A stretch of 64,000 nt of DNA, taken from contig JBAZUA010000005.1 in assembly GCA_041661645.1 (NCBI GenBank), positions 14,829 through 78,828 of the forward strand. The letters run 5' to 3'. Within the stretch, counting starts at the first letter, position 1; each line of letters begins with the position of its first letter. Shown one piece after another: positions 36,882 through 45,618 of this stretch. The position numbers were made by a program, and so were the translations under genes. This DNA is from Minisyncoccota bacterium (GTDB taxonomy: Bacteria; Patescibacteriota; Minisyncoccia; Phycocordibacterales; UBA6065). The notes under the pieces were generated by a model that had not been told where the DNA came from, did not search any database, and saw only the letters and a program-made list of their open reading frames with translations.

Positions 36882-37841
36882 ATGACCGATATAAACGTAG
36901 TGCTCCCATCAAAGCCAAAGATTGTTCTCGAGAAGGACTTCTTGGGCGTATATGAAATTGACGGCCTCTACCCTGGATACGGACATACTCTCGGAAACTC
37001 CCTTCGTCGCATCATCCTCTCGTCCCTTCCCGGCGCGGCGATCACCCACATCAAGATCGCCGGCGTTTCGCACGAGTTCTCGACGATCGCCGGCGTCAAG
37101 GAGGACGTGATCACCCTCATCCTCAACCTGAAGCGCCTCCGCATCAAGATGCTCACCTCCGAGCCTCAGATTCTTTCCATCAAGTCAAAGGGCGTCAAGA
37201 ACATCATGGCCTCCGACATCATCATTCCCGGCCAGATCGAGATACTCAATCCCGACCTCCACATCGCGAGCGTCACCGACAAGTCGACCGACCTCGACAT
37301 CGAGCTCACCGTCGCCCAGGGCCTCGGCTACGTGTCAAAGGACGTCCTCCAGAAGGAGCGTGTCGACATCGGCACCATCGCCCTCGACGCGACCTTCACC
37401 CCAATCCGCCGCGTGAATTATGAGGTTGAGAATATGCGAGTCGGCGACCGAACCGACTTCAATCGACTCAAGATCACCGTCGAGACTGACGGCACCATCA
37501 CCCCTCACGAGGCACTCGAGGGATCGATTTCCATCATGATCAATCAGCTCAAGGCAATCGTGGGCTTCAAGGAAGAGGAGGTCATCGTCGCCCCATCCGC
37601 AGAGAAGGCCGTTGCCGCCGCCCCAAAGAAGGAGCTCGACACCGAATTCCTCAAGACCCGCATCGAGGACCTTCACCTCTCCCAGCGAACCACCAACGCC
37701 CTCAACGGCGCGAATATCCGAACGGTCGGAGGCCTCGTTCGCAAGAAGGAGATAGACGTGGAGAACGTCGAGGGTCTCGGGCCAAAGGGCATACAGGAAA
37801 TCCGCAAGGCTCTCTCTGAATTCGGCATTACCCTCAAATAA
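36882..37841 (+). CDS. rpoA: RNA polymerase alpha subunit
   Basis: GYGHTLGNSLRRIILSS, HEFSTI.GVKED, alpha-CTD. Confidence 0.96.
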   Translation: MTDINVVLPSKPKIVLEKDFLGVYEIDGLYPGYGHTLGNSLRRIILSSLPGAAITHIKIAGVSHEFSTIAGVKEDVITLILNLKRLRIKMLTSEPQILSIKSKGVKNIMASDIIIPGQIEILNPDLHIASVTDKSTDLDIELTVAQGLGYVSKDVLQKERVDIGTIALDATFTPIRRVNYEVENMRVGDRTDFNRLKITVETDGTITPHEALEGSISIMINQLKAIVGFKEEEVIVAPSAEKAVAAAPKKELDTEFLKTRIEDLHLSQRTTNALNGANIRTVGGLVRKKEIDVENVEGLGPKGIQEIRKALSEFGITLK

Positions 37842-37890
37842 ACTGGACAAATAAAGAAAAAACAGCTAATCTAGTAGCTCAACCAAGACC

Positions 37891-38244
37891 ATGAGACACC
37901 ATTCATCACTGCGAAAATTCGGAAGGGAAAAGAATCAGCGAGGCGCGCTGCTTCGCTCTCTCATGCGCTCACTCGTTATTCACGAGGGTATAACTACTAC
38001 TGAGGCAAAGGCAAAGGAGATCAGGGCCTCCGTCGAGAAGCTCGTCACCAAGGCCAAGGTTGACTCCCTTGCCAACCGCCGACTCATCACGAGCAAGGTG
38101 GGTGACTACAAGGTCGCAAAGAAGCTCATCGAGGTCATCGCTCCGGCTCACGCCGCGCGAAAGGGTGGATACACCCGCGTCGTCAAGCTTCCCCTCCGCA
38201 AGACCGATGGTGCGAAGATGGCCCATATCCAGTTCGTAAAATAA
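37891..38244 (+). CDS. rplQ: 50S ribosomal protein L17
   Basis: MRH, ITTTEAKAKE, GGYTRVVK. Confidence 0.96.
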   Translation: MRHHSSLRKFGREKNQRGALLRSLMRSLVIHEGITTTEAKAKEIRASVEKLVTKAKVDSLANRRLITSKVGDYKVAKKLIEVIAPAHAARKGGYTRVVKLPLRKTDGAKMAHIQFVK

Positions 38245-38249
38245 TCACA

Positions 38250-38600
38250 ATGAGAACTACCCACACCATAGACGCCCAGGGAAAGAAGATCGGCCGAGTC
38301 TCGTCAGAGGCGGCAAAGATTCTCATGGGCAAAAACTCCGTCTCGTACCAGGACAATGTCGTGGCGGACGTCGAGGTGCGCGTCGTGAATGTCGCCAAGG
38401 CAGACGTCAGCGGCAAGAAGATGACCGAGAAGGTATACAGCAGATACTCGGGCTATCCAGGCGGTCTCATCCAGAAGACCATGCAGGCCGTCGTCGCCAA
38501 CAAGGGCATGGCTGAGATCTTCCGCATCGCCATCAAGGGTATGCTCCCGAAGAACAAGCTTCAGGCGAAGATCATGAAGAATCTCGTCGTTACCGAATAA
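38250..38600 (+). CDS. rplM: 50S ribosomal protein L13
   Basis: IDAQGKKIGR, YSGYPGG, GMLPKN. Confidence 0.95.
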   Translation: MRTTHTIDAQGKKIGRVSSEAAKILMGKNSVSYQDNVVADVEVRVVNVAKADVSGKKMTEKVYSRYSGYPGGLIQKTMQAVVANKGMAEIFRIAIKGMLPKNKLQAKIMKNLVVTE

Positions 38601-38617
38601 TACAAAGATAATTTTAT

Positions 38618-39028
38618 ATGACCACCGCAGAGACAAAAACCAAATACTTCGAGGCCATCGGCCGACGCAAGACCGCCCGAGCCCGAGCCCGCATTACTCC
38701 TGCAGCAAAGGAGTCCTTTGAGTTGAATGGCCTCACCCTCGAGCAGTACTTCGCCACCGAGGAACTTCGCGGCATAGCGACCGACGCCTTCACCAAGTCA
38801 AAGATCGCCCAGAAGTTCAAGGTGACCGCGCTCCTCTCCGGAGGCGGAATCCACGGCCAGGCAGAGTCTCTCCGTCACGCCATTTCTCGAGCCCTCCTCG
38901 ATTACGATATCGAGCTCCGAAAGAAGCTCAAGAAGCTCACCTTCCTCAAGCGAGACCCTCGCGCAAAGGAGCGAAGGAAGTTCGGTCTCAAGAAGGCCCG
39001 AAAGAGCCCACAGTGGTCTAAGAGATAA
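38618..39028 (+). CDS. rpsI: 30S ribosomal protein S9
   Basis: GRRKTARA, GGGIHGQA, RDPRAKERRKFGLKKARKSPQWSKR. Confidence 0.97.
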   Translation: MTTAETKTKYFEAIGRRKTARARARITPAAKESFELNGLTLEQYFATEELRGIATDAFTKSKIAQKFKVTALLSGGGIHGQAESLRHAISRALLDYDIELRKKLKKLTFLKRDPRAKERRKFGLKKARKSPQWSKR

Positions 39029-39029
39029 A

Positions 39030-39083
39030 CGCAAGCTCGGTCTGAAGAAAGCTCGTAGAGCACTTCAGTGGAGCAAGCGCTAA
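39030..39083 (+). repeat. Diverged tandem copy of the last 17 codons + stop of rpsI (integration scar / att-like)
   Basis: Translates RKLGLKKARRALQWSKR* versus RKFGLKKARKSPQWSKR* at 38975-39028. Confidence 0.9.
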
Positions 39084-39114
39084 GGCACGGCCCATAAAAA
39101 TCAAGACATCACGA

Positions 39115-39140
39115 AAAGCACCCGGAAACGGGTGCTTTTT
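39115..39140 (+). terminator. Terminator of the ribosomal operon
   Basis: AAAAGCACCCG-GAAA-CGGGTGCTTTTT. Confidence 0.9.
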
Positions 39141-39356
39141 CTTATTGCATCCATCGTCCTCGGTCCGGTTCGCGCCTCGTCAGAGGCGGGCAACCGCATG
39201 CGAGGGTGGGGCACGTGCTCATCCTGGGAATGGCTTCCGCTTTCGACACCGGCGGCCTCACTGCCAGGACTGCATTTCAATCATCGGATCGACGACTACA
39301 CTCGCAGCCGGTTGCTTAGTCGAAGCAACGCATTAACCGCAAAGTTTGGAACGAAC

Positions 39357-39560
39357 ATGATCAATTCAACGGATCTTGTAAAGCCCGAGAGCATGATGAC
39401 GATAAAGGATCCCGAAACGAAGGACCTCATCGCCATCATATACATCGGCGAAAATCGCGAGCACCTGATCTATAAGACGGAGAAGGCCGTGAGCGATGAC
39501 ATTGCGGAGTTATTAAAAGCTTATCTAAAAGCCTCATGCAAAAAGAACGAAAGCCTCTAG
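39357..39560 (+). CDS. Phage hypothetical protein
   Basis: ATG at 39357 (MINSTDLVK...); first of the tightly packed early ORFs. Confidence 0.6.
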   Translation: MINSTDLVKPESMMTIKDPETKDLIAIIYIGENREHLIYKTEKAVSDDIAELLKAYLKASCKKNESL

Positions 39561-39679
39561 AGCGCGTGTACGCATGGATCGGTTTCCTCGTGTTCTGGCC
39601 GTCCGTGATCGGCGGCGCGTACTCGGTGATCCATTGGTTCGTGTGGTCGCACAAGTTCCTGGAAGCGGCAGGCCTCTAA
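39536..39679 (+). CDS. Small phage membrane protein (47 aa)
   Basis: Hand translation MQKERKPLERVYAWIGFLVFWPSVIGGAYSVIHWFVWSHKFLEAAGL; fills the gap. Confidence 0.55.
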   Translation: MQKERKPLERVYAWIGFLVFWPSVIGGAYSVIHWFVWSHKFLEAAGL

Positions 39680-39683
39680 GCCT

Positions 39684-39953
39684 ATGAGAACTCCACAGGT
39701 AGAAGTGTCGGTGTGTTGCCATGCGAGCCCCATCGAGGACTTCAAGGACAATCCGAGAGACCATCACGACCCAGAGCCGATTTACGTCTGCTCGAAGTGC
39801 AAGAAGGAGTGCAAGGTCGAGGACGTCTGCGAATACTGCCTCGGCGCAGGCGAGGTGACTGTAGACGAGAGGGTGTATCCGGGAGAGCCGCACATGGCCC
39901 CGATCGGTACGGAGAAGTGTCAGTGCCAGTTGAACGAAGAGACAGAAGATTAA
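39684..39953 (+). CDS. Cys-rich zinc-binding phage protein
   Basis: SVCCHA, CSKCKKEC, CEYCLG.G, CQC. Confidence 0.65.
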   Translation: MRTPQVEVSVCCHASPIEDFKDNPRDHHDPEPIYVCSKCKKECKVEDVCEYCLGAGEVTVDERVYPGEPHMAPIGTEKCQCQLNEETED

Positions 39954-40089
39954 AAGCCTTATATCCATTTTCCTCTGCTCATTTTAGGACCCAGGGAGCA
40001 GGATCTCGCGAGAGGAACCTAGCCCTGCGGCCCAGTGTCACTTATAAGGCGGCTCGTATGAGCCGAGGACTAATGGAACAACCAAACCT

Positions 40090-41001
40090 ATGACCGAAAC
40101 AAAAAAAGAGCTAACCACATCGGACCAGTTGAAACTGCAGCTCGCAGGAGACTATCTGAAGCAGGTTACAAATTACTTTAGTGGCGACAAGGAGAAGGCC
40201 ATGAGATTCGTGACCTCGATCATGCAGTCGGTGAGGAAGATCCCGAAGCTGTATCAGTGCGATCGAATGTCGCTTCTAAACGCATTCATGACGATGGCAC
40301 AGCTCGGACTCATGCCGTCAGACGTGTCGGGCGAGGCGTACGTGATCCCATACGACAACAACAAGAAGATCGACGGAAAGTTCGTGAAGGTGCTCGAGGC
40401 GCAGTTTCAGCTCGGCTATCCGGGCATCGTAACGCTCCTCTACCGTGCGGGAAACAGAGAAGTCATCGCCGAGCTCGTGAGAGAGCATGACAAGTTCAGC
40501 ATTCAGCGAGGAAAGATATTCCACGAGGTAGATCCTCGAAAGACCAAGGCTCAGCGCGGAGCATGGATCGGCGCCTACTCGATCATCGTAACCGCCACCG
40601 GCGGAACGATCGAGGGATACATGGCGAAGGACGATATCCTCGCGCACGCGCAGAAGTTCTCCAAGTCATTCAACTCGGATTATTCGCCATGGAAGGAGGA
40701 GAACGATCCCGAGGGATGGATGCCACGCAAGACCGTACTCAAGCAGACGTCAAAGCTCGCACCGAAGAACGAGATCCTCATGCAGGCCTTGGCCGAGGAC
40801 AACAAGGATTCGATCATCGCGGACAGGCTCGAGGCCGCGAAGAAGGATTCTGAGGCTTTATCAATGGGTAATATCTTGAAACATGGAAAAGAAAACCAAG
40901 ACAAGGCGGGCTCGGAAGACCAGAGTGCGAACGGCCCTACAGATGCCGAAGGTCCTCAGGACAAGCCTTCAGCACACGGACCAATCGTCAACATCGGATA
41001 A
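40090..41001 (+). CDS. recT: RecT family single-strand annealing protein
   Basis: L..C...SLLNAFMT.AQLGL.P...GEAYVIPY, AQFQLGY.G, M.RKTVLK. Confidence 0.9.
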   Translation: MTETKKELTTSDQLKLQLAGDYLKQVTNYFSGDKEKAMRFVTSIMQSVRKIPKLYQCDRMSLLNAFMTMAQLGLMPSDVSGEAYVIPYDNNKKIDGKFVKVLEAQFQLGYPGIVTLLYRAGNREVIAELVREHDKFSIQRGKIFHEVDPRKTKAQRGAWIGAYSIIVTATGGTIEGYMAKDDILAHAQKFSKSFNSDYSPWKEENDPEGWMPRKTVLKQTSKLAPKNEILMQALAEDNKDSIIADRLEAAKKDSEALSMGNILKHGKENQDKAGSEDQSANGPTDAEGPQDKPSAHGPIVNIG

Positions 41002-43024
41002 GTTCCCGGTAGCGCACTACTCGGCATCGTCGATGACCAAGTTCTCGACGAACCCGCTGCTCTTCAAAATCCAGTACATAAACCGAGACAGATTCGACAC
41101 AGCCCAGGGCATATCGGGAGTGATCGGAACCGCATTCCATCAGGCGATGGAGGTGTATAGCGGTGGAAGCGACACGCTCATCCCGACGAACGAAGCCGAG
41201 GCGATCGAGTACGGCCTGAAGTCCGGCATGGACTTCCTCGAGAAGTACAACGACGGCTTCATCAACTGGTCAAAGACGGTTCCAAACAAGCAGAAGGCTT
41301 TCGATCGGCTGAGCTTCGCCTTCACCTCATACGTCCAGGCGATACCCTACAGCGCAGAGAAGATCATATCGGTCGAGGAGGAGCTGATCGAGCAGATCGA
41401 CGTCGAGTGGCGAGGGCAGAAGCTCTCCCTGCCGGTGAAACTAAAGGGACGCCTCGACAAGATAATCCGCGACGACGGCAAGCTGAGAGTCATCGACTAC
41501 AAGACATGCTCAAAGTTCTCGGACCCGGACAAGATCGACGGAAAGAAGATCCTTCAAGCAGTCGTCTACTACCTCCTCGCCTATGCGAAGTACAAGGAGG
41601 AGCCGTACTCGGTGACGTTCCAGGAGGTGAAGCTGACGAAGAACGACGACGGGAGCTCTCAGGTGAGAGAGTACGAGATCATCTTCGCGGATAACGAGCT
41701 CTACTTCGACTTCTTCTTCCGCTTCTACGAAGACATGACCCGCGCCCTCAACGGCGAGCAGGTGTACATCCCGAACGTCGAGACGCTCTACGACAACGAG
41801 GTTTCGATAGTCGCGTATATCCATCGCCTCGACGTCACTGAGGAGGCGGCCAAGCTCATGAAGAAGCACAAGGTTACGAACGTGACGGACTTACTCAAGA
41901 AGCAGATACAGAGCGCCGGCAACATGAGGAAGCTCATGAAGGCCGTCGAGGAGAACTTTGTGTCGGCGAAGAACATAGATTATTCAAAAATGACAAACGA
42001 TCAAAAGATTCAAACCAAGATGCTCGAGCACGGAATGATGCTCCAGTTCGACTCCCTCGTGGAGGGTGCGACTGTTGATCTCTACCGCTACACGCCTTCG
42101 ATGGGCCTCAAAATGAGCCGCCTCGAGGCGTATGCTGCAGACATCGAGCAAGTACTCGGAATAGCCGGTATCCGCATCCTGGCGCCGATTAAGGGCACAT
42201 CATTCGTCGGGTTCGAGGTCCCGAGAAAGACACGATCATTCCCTGCGCTGCCGGATGGAAACGGGTTCGACATCGCCGTCGGCCAGACGATCATGGGCGA
42301 GGCCCGCAGGTTCGACATCAGGACGGCTCCGCACGTGCTCATCGCCGGTGCTTCAGGGTCCGGCAAGTCGATATGCCTCAGCTCGTTCATTCGACAGTTC
42401 TCGAGGATACCAAGCGCCCACATTCACCTCTTCGATCCGAAGATGGTCGAGCTCGCGCAGCACCAGGGCGACGCAAATGTCGTCGAGTACGAGTGCGAGA
42501 TCATGAAGATTAACGATGCGCTCGGCAATCTCGTCGAGGAGATGAACGACCGCTACAGGGCGCTCGCCAAGGCGAAGGTCCGAAGCATCGAGCAGATGAC
42601 CACGATGCCCTACAAGTTCGTCGTCATCGACGAGTTCGGAGACCTCATCGCAGCGCAGCACATCCATACCGAGACGGTCCTAACGGGAAAGGTATTCACG
42701 AAGGGACCTCGGGCAGGAGAGGAGGAGACGAAGACGACCGAACGCAACATCTCGGACGAGATCGAGAACAAGATCCTCATACTCGCGCAGAAGGCACGAG
42801 CCGCGGGCATCCACGTCATCATCGCGACCCAGAGGCCGAGCACGGACGTCATCAAGGGAACCATCAAGGCGAACTTCCCGACAAAGGTCGTATTCAAGAC
42901 CGCCAAGGCGATCGACTCGCAGATCGTTCTCGACGAGGATGGCGCCGAGAAGCTTGCGGGCAAGGGCGACATGCTCTTCGCCGGCAACGACGGCATAGAA
43001 CGCCTTCAGGGCTACAACATATAA
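40883..43024 (+). CDS. PD-(D/E)XK (RecB-like) nuclease fused to FtsK alpha/beta motor
   Basis: GTAFH, KGRLDKI..VIDYKT, Q...Y; FtsK alpha IRILAPIKG..VGFEVP; HVLIAGASGSGKS, VIDEFGDL, AQKARAAGIHVIIATQRPS, GAEKLAGKGDML. Confidence 0.88.
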   Translation: MEKKTKTRRARKTRVRTALQMPKVLRTSLQHTDQSSTSDKFPVAHYSASSMTKFSTNPLLFKIQYINRDRFDTAQGISGVIGTAFHQAMEVYSGGSDTLIPTNEAEAIEYGLKSGMDFLEKYNDGFINWSKTVPNKQKAFDRLSFAFTSYVQAIPYSAEKIISVEEELIEQIDVEWRGQKLSLPVKLKGRLDKIIRDDGKLRVIDYKTCSKFSDPDKIDGKKILQAVVYYLLAYAKYKEEPYSVTFQEVKLTKNDDGSSQVREYEIIFADNELYFDFFFRFYEDMTRALNGEQVYIPNVETLYDNEVSIVAYIHRLDVTEEAAKLMKKHKVTNVTDLLKKQIQSAGNMRKLMKAVEENFVSAKNIDYSKMTNDQKIQTKMLEHGMMLQFDSLVEGATVDLYRYTPSMGLKMSRLEAYAADIEQVLGIAGIRILAPIKGTSFVGFEVPRKTRSFPALPDGNGFDIAVGQTIMGEARRFDIRTAPHVLIAGASGSGKSICLSSFIRQFSRIPSAHIHLFDPKMVELAQHQGDANVVEYECEIMKINDALGNLVEEMNDRYRALAKAKVRSIEQMTTMPYKFVVIDEFGDLIAAQHIHTETVLTGKVFTKGPRAGEEETKTTERNISDEIENKILILAQKARAAGIHVIIATQRPSTDVIKGTIKANFPTKVVFKTAKAIDSQIVLDEDGAEKLAGKGDMLFAGNDGIERLQGYNI

Positions 43025-43028
43025 AGCT

Positions 43029-43724
43029 ATGGCAGAACGACGCATGCTATCCAAAACAATATCGACGAGCAAGAAGGTCAACCGCCTTCCTGATCGAGCG
43101 GCACTCCTCTACACCTGGCTATTGCCGCACACGGATGAGTTCGGGCATCTCGAGGGCGAGACCATCATGGTGAAGGGGAAAATTGTTCCCATGCGATCCG
43201 TGACCGTGCAGGAGGTCCAGGAGGATCTCGACCTCATGGTGCAGAACGAGCTCATCCGGTTTTACGAGGTAGGAAAGGAGAAATACATCGAGATCATCAA
43301 CTTCGACAACTTTCAGACTTTCCGAAAAGACCGCGACAGAAAAGGGGATTATCCGGGTCCTGATGGAAAAGTACCTGTGGTTTACCGCAGGGATACCAAT
43401 GGGATACCAGAGGTTGACCAGCGTCAGCTTAAGGGAAGTGAAGAGAATAGAAGGGAAGGGAAGGTAAGGGAAGGAGAGGAGAAGCCCACCGCGTCCATGA
43501 AATACCTCTCGAACATCCCTGACGAAGACATGAGGGCCTTTCTCAATCGGTTCGTGGCGACTGAGAAGGCGCTCAGGAGCAAGGCCGAGAGTCTGAAGCT
43601 CTACTGCGAAAGCAAAAACAGGCGGTACACGAATTACAAGTCATTCCTACTCAACGCGCTCAAGAAAGATTTCAAGGAGAGGGACGGAGCGACGGTTGCA
43701 GGCGGTAAGTTTCAAGGCCTATGA
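43029..43724 (+). CDS. Phage replication initiator
   Basis: MAERRM..., LLYTWLLPHTDEFG N-terminus; internal iteron-like repeats; lies upstream of a DnaC-like gene. Confidence 0.75.
   Translation: MAERRMLSKTISTSKKVNRLPDRAALLYTWLLPHTDEFGHLEGETIMVKGKIVPMRSVTVQEVQEDLDLMVQNELIRFYEVGKEKYIEIINFDNFQTFRKDRDRKGDYPGPDGKVPVVYRRDTNGIPEVDQRQLKGSEENRREGKVREGEEKPTASMKYLSNIPDEDMRAFLNRFVATEKALRSKAESLKLYCESKNRRYTNYKSFLLNALKKDFKERDGATVAGGKFQGL
43368..43480 (+). repeat. Putative phage origin: five 11-bp iterons plus purine-rich 5-mer repeats
   Basis: AAAGTACCTGT, GGTTTACCGCA, GGGATACCAAT, GGGATACCAGA, GGTTGACCAGC, then (AAGGG)n-like repeats. Confidence 0.65.
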
Positions 43725-44284
43725 TCCCAGAACAATATCAAAACGCTAAATACCCAAACGTCCCGAAGGACATCCGCGACAAGCTCGAGGCGATCATGGC
43801 GAGTAGGAGGGGCATGTACATCCACGGATCGGTCGGCACCGGCAAGACGTACATCGCCTACGCGCTGAAGGCGGAGTGGGACGGAAGGTCCACGGTCAAG
43901 TCAATGTTCTGGGACGCGACCGAGCTCATGAGGGAGATCAAGGCCGACTTCGACCGGCCCGCAGATGCGAAGACGAGGGCCGAGGAGCGCATCATGAACT
44001 TCAAGGGCTTGCTCTTCATCGACGACATCGGAGCGGAGAAGATGACCGACTTCGTTGCAGAGACGATACACGTCATCATCAACCACCGATACAACAACCG
44101 CATGCCGGTCATCTTCACGTCGAACTTCCCCGTGAGCGACCTGGCGGAGCACCTCGGAGGCCTAGCCGGCGAGCGCATAGCATCGAGGATCGTCCAGGAG
44201 TGCGACATCATCGAGCTCACCGGGGACGACAAGAGGATGAAGAACCCGCAGAAGATAAAGGTCCGATCGCCATTCGCTAACTAG
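43721..44284 (+). CDS. DnaC/IstB-like helicase loader ATPase
   Basis: GSVGTGKT, LLFIDDIGAE, INHRYN..PVIFTSN, RIASRI. Confidence 0.88.
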   Translation: MIPEQYQNAKYPNVPKDIRDKLEAIMASRRGMYIHGSVGTGKTYIAYALKAEWDGRSTVKSMFWDATELMREIKADFDRPADAKTRAEERIMNFKGLLFIDDIGAEKMTDFVAETIHVIINHRYNNRMPVIFTSNFPVSDLAEHLGGLAGERIASRIVQECDIIELTGDDKRMKNPQKIKVRSPFAN

Positions 44285-44287
44285 CCC

Positions 44288-44710
44288 ATGGAAACCATCA
44301 CCTTTGAAATAGCAGGCAACCACGACGACCCGATCGGAAACCCGCTACCTAAGCATCGCAAGACGATGAAGCAGCAGTGGACTCCCGAGGCGCAGCGCTA
44401 TCATGCATACCTCGAGCACGTGAGGGCCTGCTTCCTCGGAGAGTTCATGAAGGACGAATACAAGGCGATGCGGGCGAAGTACTTCACGCTCGCGGAGCGA
44501 GAGCCGCTCGAGACGGGAAAGCTCAAGTGCCGGATGACCCTGATGATCTACTGGAAGAACGAGGCACACGGCGATCCCGAGAACGTCTTCGGGGCGATCG
44601 CCGATGCGATATTCGTCCAGGACAAGTATCTCGCGCCGGTCGTCGACTTCCAGTTGAGGCCCGCGGGCGCAGGTCTGGTCAAGGCAAGGATAGATATAAA
44701 CGCTAACTAA
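44288..44710 (+). CDS. RusA-like Holliday junction resolvase
   Basis: P.PK.R, GDPENVFGAIADAI..D; typical position in the replication module. Confidence 0.65.
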   Translation: METITFEIAGNHDDPIGNPLPKHRKTMKQQWTPEAQRYHAYLEHVRACFLGEFMKDEYKAMRAKYFTLAEREPLETGKLKCRMTLMIYWKNEAHGDPENVFGAIADAIFVQDKYLAPVVDFQLRPAGAGLVKARIDINAN

Positions 44711-44717
44711 ATAATTT

Positions 44718-44906
44718 ATGGCAAAAGGAATAATGCACACGAATCACGTCCCGCGAAAGAACTACGTCTACGAGTTCGACGGGGTAAAGCTCGACTTCAC
44801 CCTTCGCCAAGACATCAAGGGCGAGATGGTCGCCTTCATGGAAATGATGGCCCGGGCGATGAAGGACATCGAGCGGGATCTCGAGAGCGTCGGCCCTAAG
44901 AAATAA
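44718..44906 (+). CDS. Phage hypothetical protein
   Basis: Tightly packed ORF. Confidence 0.6.
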   Translation: MAKGIMHTNHVPRKNYVYEFDGVKLDFTLRQDIKGEMVAFMEMMARAMKDIERDLESVGPKK

Positions 44907-44910
44907 GCCC

Positions 44911-45108
44911 ATGATGTACCTAATCAAACGAGACATAGCCGAGGGTTGGGAGAAGGGCAAGGTGTTCAGCGACAAGTGCCTCGCCGACACCATCTGTCAC
45001 CAGAGCTCGCACGTCCTCGTGCCATCCCTCATCGGCATCTGGCTATTCCTCGGGTGGATAAGGCCGGAAAGCCGGAAGCTCAAGGTCAAGTCGATTAAGG
45101 ATAAATAG
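44911..45108 (+). CDS. Phage hypothetical protein
   Basis: Tightly packed ORF. Confidence 0.55.
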   Translation: MMYLIKRDIAEGWEKGKVFSDKCLADTICHQSSHVLVPSLIGIWLFLGWIRPESRKLKVKSIKDK

Positions 45109-45114
45109 CCATCC

Positions 45115-45618
45115 ATGAAATCGACAGCGATACACGAGAAAGAGTTCCGCAGCGCGAACGAGATCCGCTTCAACAAGCACAAGAAGCGAAAGAACAACGA
45201 TCTCGTCGCAGCCATGTACGCGATGTACCGATCAGGGAAGTCCCTCGAGGAGGTCGGAGAGGTCTATCGCAAGACGCGCCAGGCGGTGTACGACGTCTTC
45301 AGGACCCGCGGCTATCCGCTCCGCGCGAAGGAACTGAAGGGCCTGAGAATATTCAACGGCTTTCGGTTCACGGTCACGAAGGGCGGGTATCTCCGGGGAA
45401 CCGTCCGAGGCAGAAGGGTCCTCATGCACCAGTTCGTCTGGGAGGAGAGATACGGGCCGATACCGATCGGCCACGTGATCCACCACAAGGACAACGACCC
45501 CGCGAACAACGCCCTCGGAAACCTCGAGCTCGTGCCCCGGAACGAGATGTCGAAAAGGTTCAACCCGGGAGGCAGGAATCAGTTTTCAATCAAACAAAAT
45601 GCAGATCAAAATAAATAA
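45115..45618 (+). CDS. HTH + HNH endonuclease
   Basis: GKSLEEVG..YRKTRQAV HTH; MHQFVWE..GPIP.GHVIHHKDNDPANNALGNLEL. Confidence 0.85.
   Translation: MKSTAIHEKEFRSANEIRFNKHKKRKNNDLVAAMYAMYRSGKSLEEVGEVYRKTRQAVYDVFRTRGYPLRAKELKGLRIFNGFRFTVTKGGYLRGTVRGRRVLMHQFVWEERYGPIPIGHVIHHKDNDPANNALGNLELVPRNEMSKRFNPGGRNQFSIKQNADQNK

Noticed and set aside
39225-39360. tmRNA or tRNA gene (TTCGAC, GGATCGAC and ACCGCAAA words)
   Set aside because: No acceptor stem, T-arm or CCA end and no short tag ORF could be built; kept only as an unassigned structured region
40883-41760. Cas4 call for the RecB-like nuclease domain
   Set aside because: No Fe-S cysteine cluster, no cas genes, and no repeat-spacer array seen anywhere in the window
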